From Azolla caroliniana (lineage: Eukaryota; Plantae; Polypodiophyta): DNA of 64,000 nucleotides. Positions 60,762-64,000 of the stretch are shown piece after piece. The notes under the pieces were generated by a model. The model was not told where the DNA came from, ran no database searches, and saw only the letters and a program-made list of their open reading frames with translations. Made by a program: the position numbers and the translations under genes. Position 1 is the first letter of the stretch, and every line of letters begins with the position of its first letter. The stretch spans positions 11,222,001 through 11,286,000 of the forward strand of contig JBHGNT010000016.1 of NCBI GenBank assembly GCA_043228905.1, in the 5' to 3' direction.

Positions 60762-62488
60762 CTAGTAAATACAATATTTAAGTTCATTTTTATATCGTGA
60801 AACACATTCTTCACGATACCCACCCCTCTGAACTTGCACATTGGTTGTGCAGAGTTCATCCAACACTTCTTCCGATTCTTTTAGTTCTTCTACTTCCTCA
60901 TAAAATTTGGGCTTTAGTGACTCACTCCTTTTAAATATTTTAATCCTTTTTCCTGCAATTGGGATACGAATATCTGTCCCATCCAATTCATTGAGGAAAT
61001 ATGTGCCCTTATCTGTTATTTTCCTAACTTCACAAGGTCCAAACCATCTTTTTGTGAACTTCCAAATAGTACTGTATTGATTATCTAGGCTACTGTCATA
61101 TACTAATACCCAATCTCCCTTTTGCACCTGCTTGGTTGTATTCTTTTCATGGTGTCAAATCTGTCATTATTCTTGATTCTTGCCTCTTTCAATCTAGTAG
61201 CTGCTTTTTCAATGTCTTCTGTCCTTGATTGAAGTTGTCGTATTCGAATCGCAAGTAAATCTTCCCTACTCATAACACAACCCATATAGTTATCTTTTCT
61301 TTCAAAAGTTCTAATGGTTGAGGGATTCTAGCCCTATGCATGGGTATTGGCTTAAAGTTCCATGGAAGATGAGGGATAATTAATATAACCATGTGCTCCA
61401 CAATGTCTGGATCCACTCACCCTATTTCCTCTTGTTGGAATGTGAACGCCTTTCCATGCCTTTTTAACATCTCCCTGAACTGCTTTTCTTTAGCAAGTAA
61501 TAGGAAGCCACCCCCTCCTATTTTCATCTCTTGTATTGTTTCCAAAGTAAACACATGTCCCACCTTTCGTGGGTCTCTGATCATTGGCTCCATGGCTGCT
61601 TCTTTGATTTCCCTTTCACTATCCCCTGGAAGTGGAGCAGCAATAGGACGAACCTTCTTCTCCACTGTCTTGTACTTTGTCAGGACATGTGCCGCATGAT
61701 TCTTTCGAGCAACTTCTTCAATGACCTCGTACATCTTGATAGAATGGACAAGAACCTGAATTTCTTCCTCATCCTCCATCGCTTCCAAATGACTTATTGT
61801 ATCTTCAAAACTTAATTCTTCAAACATATCCTGAACTTCATTATCATCATATATTAATCTAGAACACTTAAAGTTCTCAATAATATTTTGTGTTTTATTA
61901 TTATTTACTTTTAACATAAAAGTAGCACCACCAGATGAGAGTGTAGAAGGAATATCTTTCTTTACATTATTATTTATGGGGTTTTCTTTTATGTTCGAGC
62001 TATCACAACCCCTACTTGTAAAAGCCCTATCTAAAAATCTTGCAAAAACTCTTCATCCATCTCTTGAATTGGATGTTCCCTCAAGCATTCTTTGTTTCTT
62101 TCATGGTTGGGCCTCATGGTTAAGAATTGGACAATCTTTCTTCCATCTTGACTCTTGATTCTCGCAAAAGCCGAACCATCATCAATCACCTTTGTTTCCA
62201 TCCTTATTGCGGTGATATAAGGTTGACCAAGGATGACGGGGTAGGTTGATCGATCAAGCACAAGAAATTTTGATTCACCAACACATCACCAATTGTTACC
62301 TTCACACTCGGACATTCTCCAAATAAATCTTCCGTAGTCTCAGTGGCATCTCTTATTTTCCACCCATGACTCTTGTCGATCGGCCACCCTCCTCGAGCAT
62401 AAAATTCTGTTGACATCATGTTAATCTCCGATCCATGATCGATCAAAGCAATATATGGATTTTGTTGCTCCCCAATTTTTGCAGGCGC
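60762..62488 (-). mobile_element. Degraded gypsy-type pol fragments (protease and integrase C-terminus; RT/RH absent)
   Basis: LIDHGSEIN, VILGQPY, YKTVEKKVRPI, GDWVLVYD...RWFGP. Confidence 0.7.
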
Positions 62489-64000
62489 TGTCGTGCCTTT
62501 CGGCTCCGGATCGTTTGCGTGAGTCGGGTGGGAACCACTGAGGTTTTGGACTAGGAGAAAGAAGAATATGAGATGAGGCTAGTAATGGATAGATTATTAG
62601 AAAGAGAAGTAAGATAGCAATCTCGTGAATCCCACGAGTTTAGTATATTTAGTCAATATTTAGGTAGTAAGAGAGAATTATTTTAGCAAATTCGTGAATC
62701 CCACGAATATTTTAGATTGATTGATCATTATAGAAAAATAATCAACAAAAACTACAATGTGCTCCCCATCCTTATATAGTGATGGGAGAGACTAAGCATA
62801 GCTACATGCTTTTTTCTAATATGTTCATGCACACTAAATGTGCATGTGATGCTTTTCTAATCCTTGCTTTTATTTGCTAAATATAGTGCTCATGCACGCT
62901 AGATGTGCATGAGTCACTTTTTAGTTGCTTGCGTTTTTCTATAAAATATTCACGCACTCTAAATATACATGATTTACCTTTTAATAAAGGTAGGCGCAAA
63001 TAAAGCACTTATAGTTATTAAATCTATTATAGAACACTAAAGATAAGGTAGCATAATGGTAAAGTTGAGGTTTGGCTATGTGGAGGTACAAGGTTTGAAT
63101 CTTGCCCTATGCATGTGATAAATATCTTGATATTCTTATTTTATTTATTTATATGTAATTAAATCGGTTATATTATTTTTACTTTTTCACGTAGTGTACG
63201 AAATACACTATGACACTCGCCCCCTCCGAACCCGCACATCCTCCGGTATGTGCCGAAGTTGCCGATGCTCGTTGTCTCCCCTTCATCCTCCGTTTGTCCC
63301 GCTATGTCAACTTTGTCTCTCCATTTTGAGTAGACCCATTCTTTCCACCCGAACCATTGTCGCCATCCGATCCACCATATTCTTTGTTCTCTCTCGTCAT
63401 ATTCTTGGCCCTTGTCATTCGTGGTAGGGTCTTTTACTGGCCTCTTTCTTGTCTTCATCAACCTTGACTTTTTTCCGGATCGCTCTCGTCCGATCGACTT
63501 TCGGTTTGATCGGCTTCCGATCGGATTCGTATTCGGCCGAATCGGAATCGGTTGTTCGGTTTCGATTGAGTCGGTCTCCTTCCGGCCCGGTTTCGATCTA
63601 TCGGTTTCGGTTTCGGTTGGCTTTCTTTTCCTCGTTTTCACCAGCCTCGACCGGTCCAACCTCCGATTGAGTCGGATTAGCTTCTTTCCGGATCGGTCTC
63701 GTCCGATTGGCTTTCGGCTACGTCGGCTTCCATCCATATTCGCGTTCGGCCAAGTCAGACTCAGTCGATCGGTTTTGACCAAGTCGACCCCTTTTCGGGT
63801 CGGCTTTCTTTCGGTTCGTCTTTCGGCCGAATCCTCATTCGCCCGGTTCGGCTTTCGTTTGTGTCGTCTTTCGGTCGAATTCTCTTTCTTTCGGTTCGGC
63901 TTTCTTTCGGTTCGTCTTTCGGCCGAATTCTCTTTTACCCGGTTCGGCTTTCTTTCGGATCGGAATCCCGTCCAAATCACCTTCCATCCGAACCAGCTTC
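62489..64000 (-). mobile_element. 3' end of an LTR element (3' LTR 62489-63215, PPT 63216-63227, repeat-rich internal region)
   Basis: TGTC...GACA termini; ggagggggcgag on the minus strand abuts the LTR; ~42-bp tandem repeats at 63790-63960. Confidence 0.75.

Overview
Land-plant nuclear DNA, probably a non-seed plant such as a fern (a low-confidence inference from retroelement style). It is dominated by nested Ty1/copia and Ty3/gypsy LTR retrotransposons around one intact host gene, a 3-exon alpha-(1,4)-fucosyltransferase (32703-34249). The main observation concerns three gypsy-type elements with dissimilar LTRs: A 5776-~9032 (+, non-autonomous), C ~9033-30026 (-) and B 18310-28053 (+). None has a polypurine tract. 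Each instead carries, exactly 2 nt before the 3' LTR, a conserved 40-nt mimic of a tRNA T-arm plus acceptor end finishing in CCA, with a small hairpin inserted in the T-loop. This suggests tRNA-based priming at both ends of the element. B and C also share a large conserved extra ORF after pol, and A carries a captured, uninterrupted ATXR5/6-like SET-domain fragment. Other items are a 420-bp mitochondrial LSU rRNA fragment inserted cleanly into a copia RT, a 1.6-kb foldback palindrome, a hAT MITE, copia elements with a doubled PPT and an extended RNase H tail, and several solo LTRs. All coordinates and comparisons were made by eye; no database searches were run.
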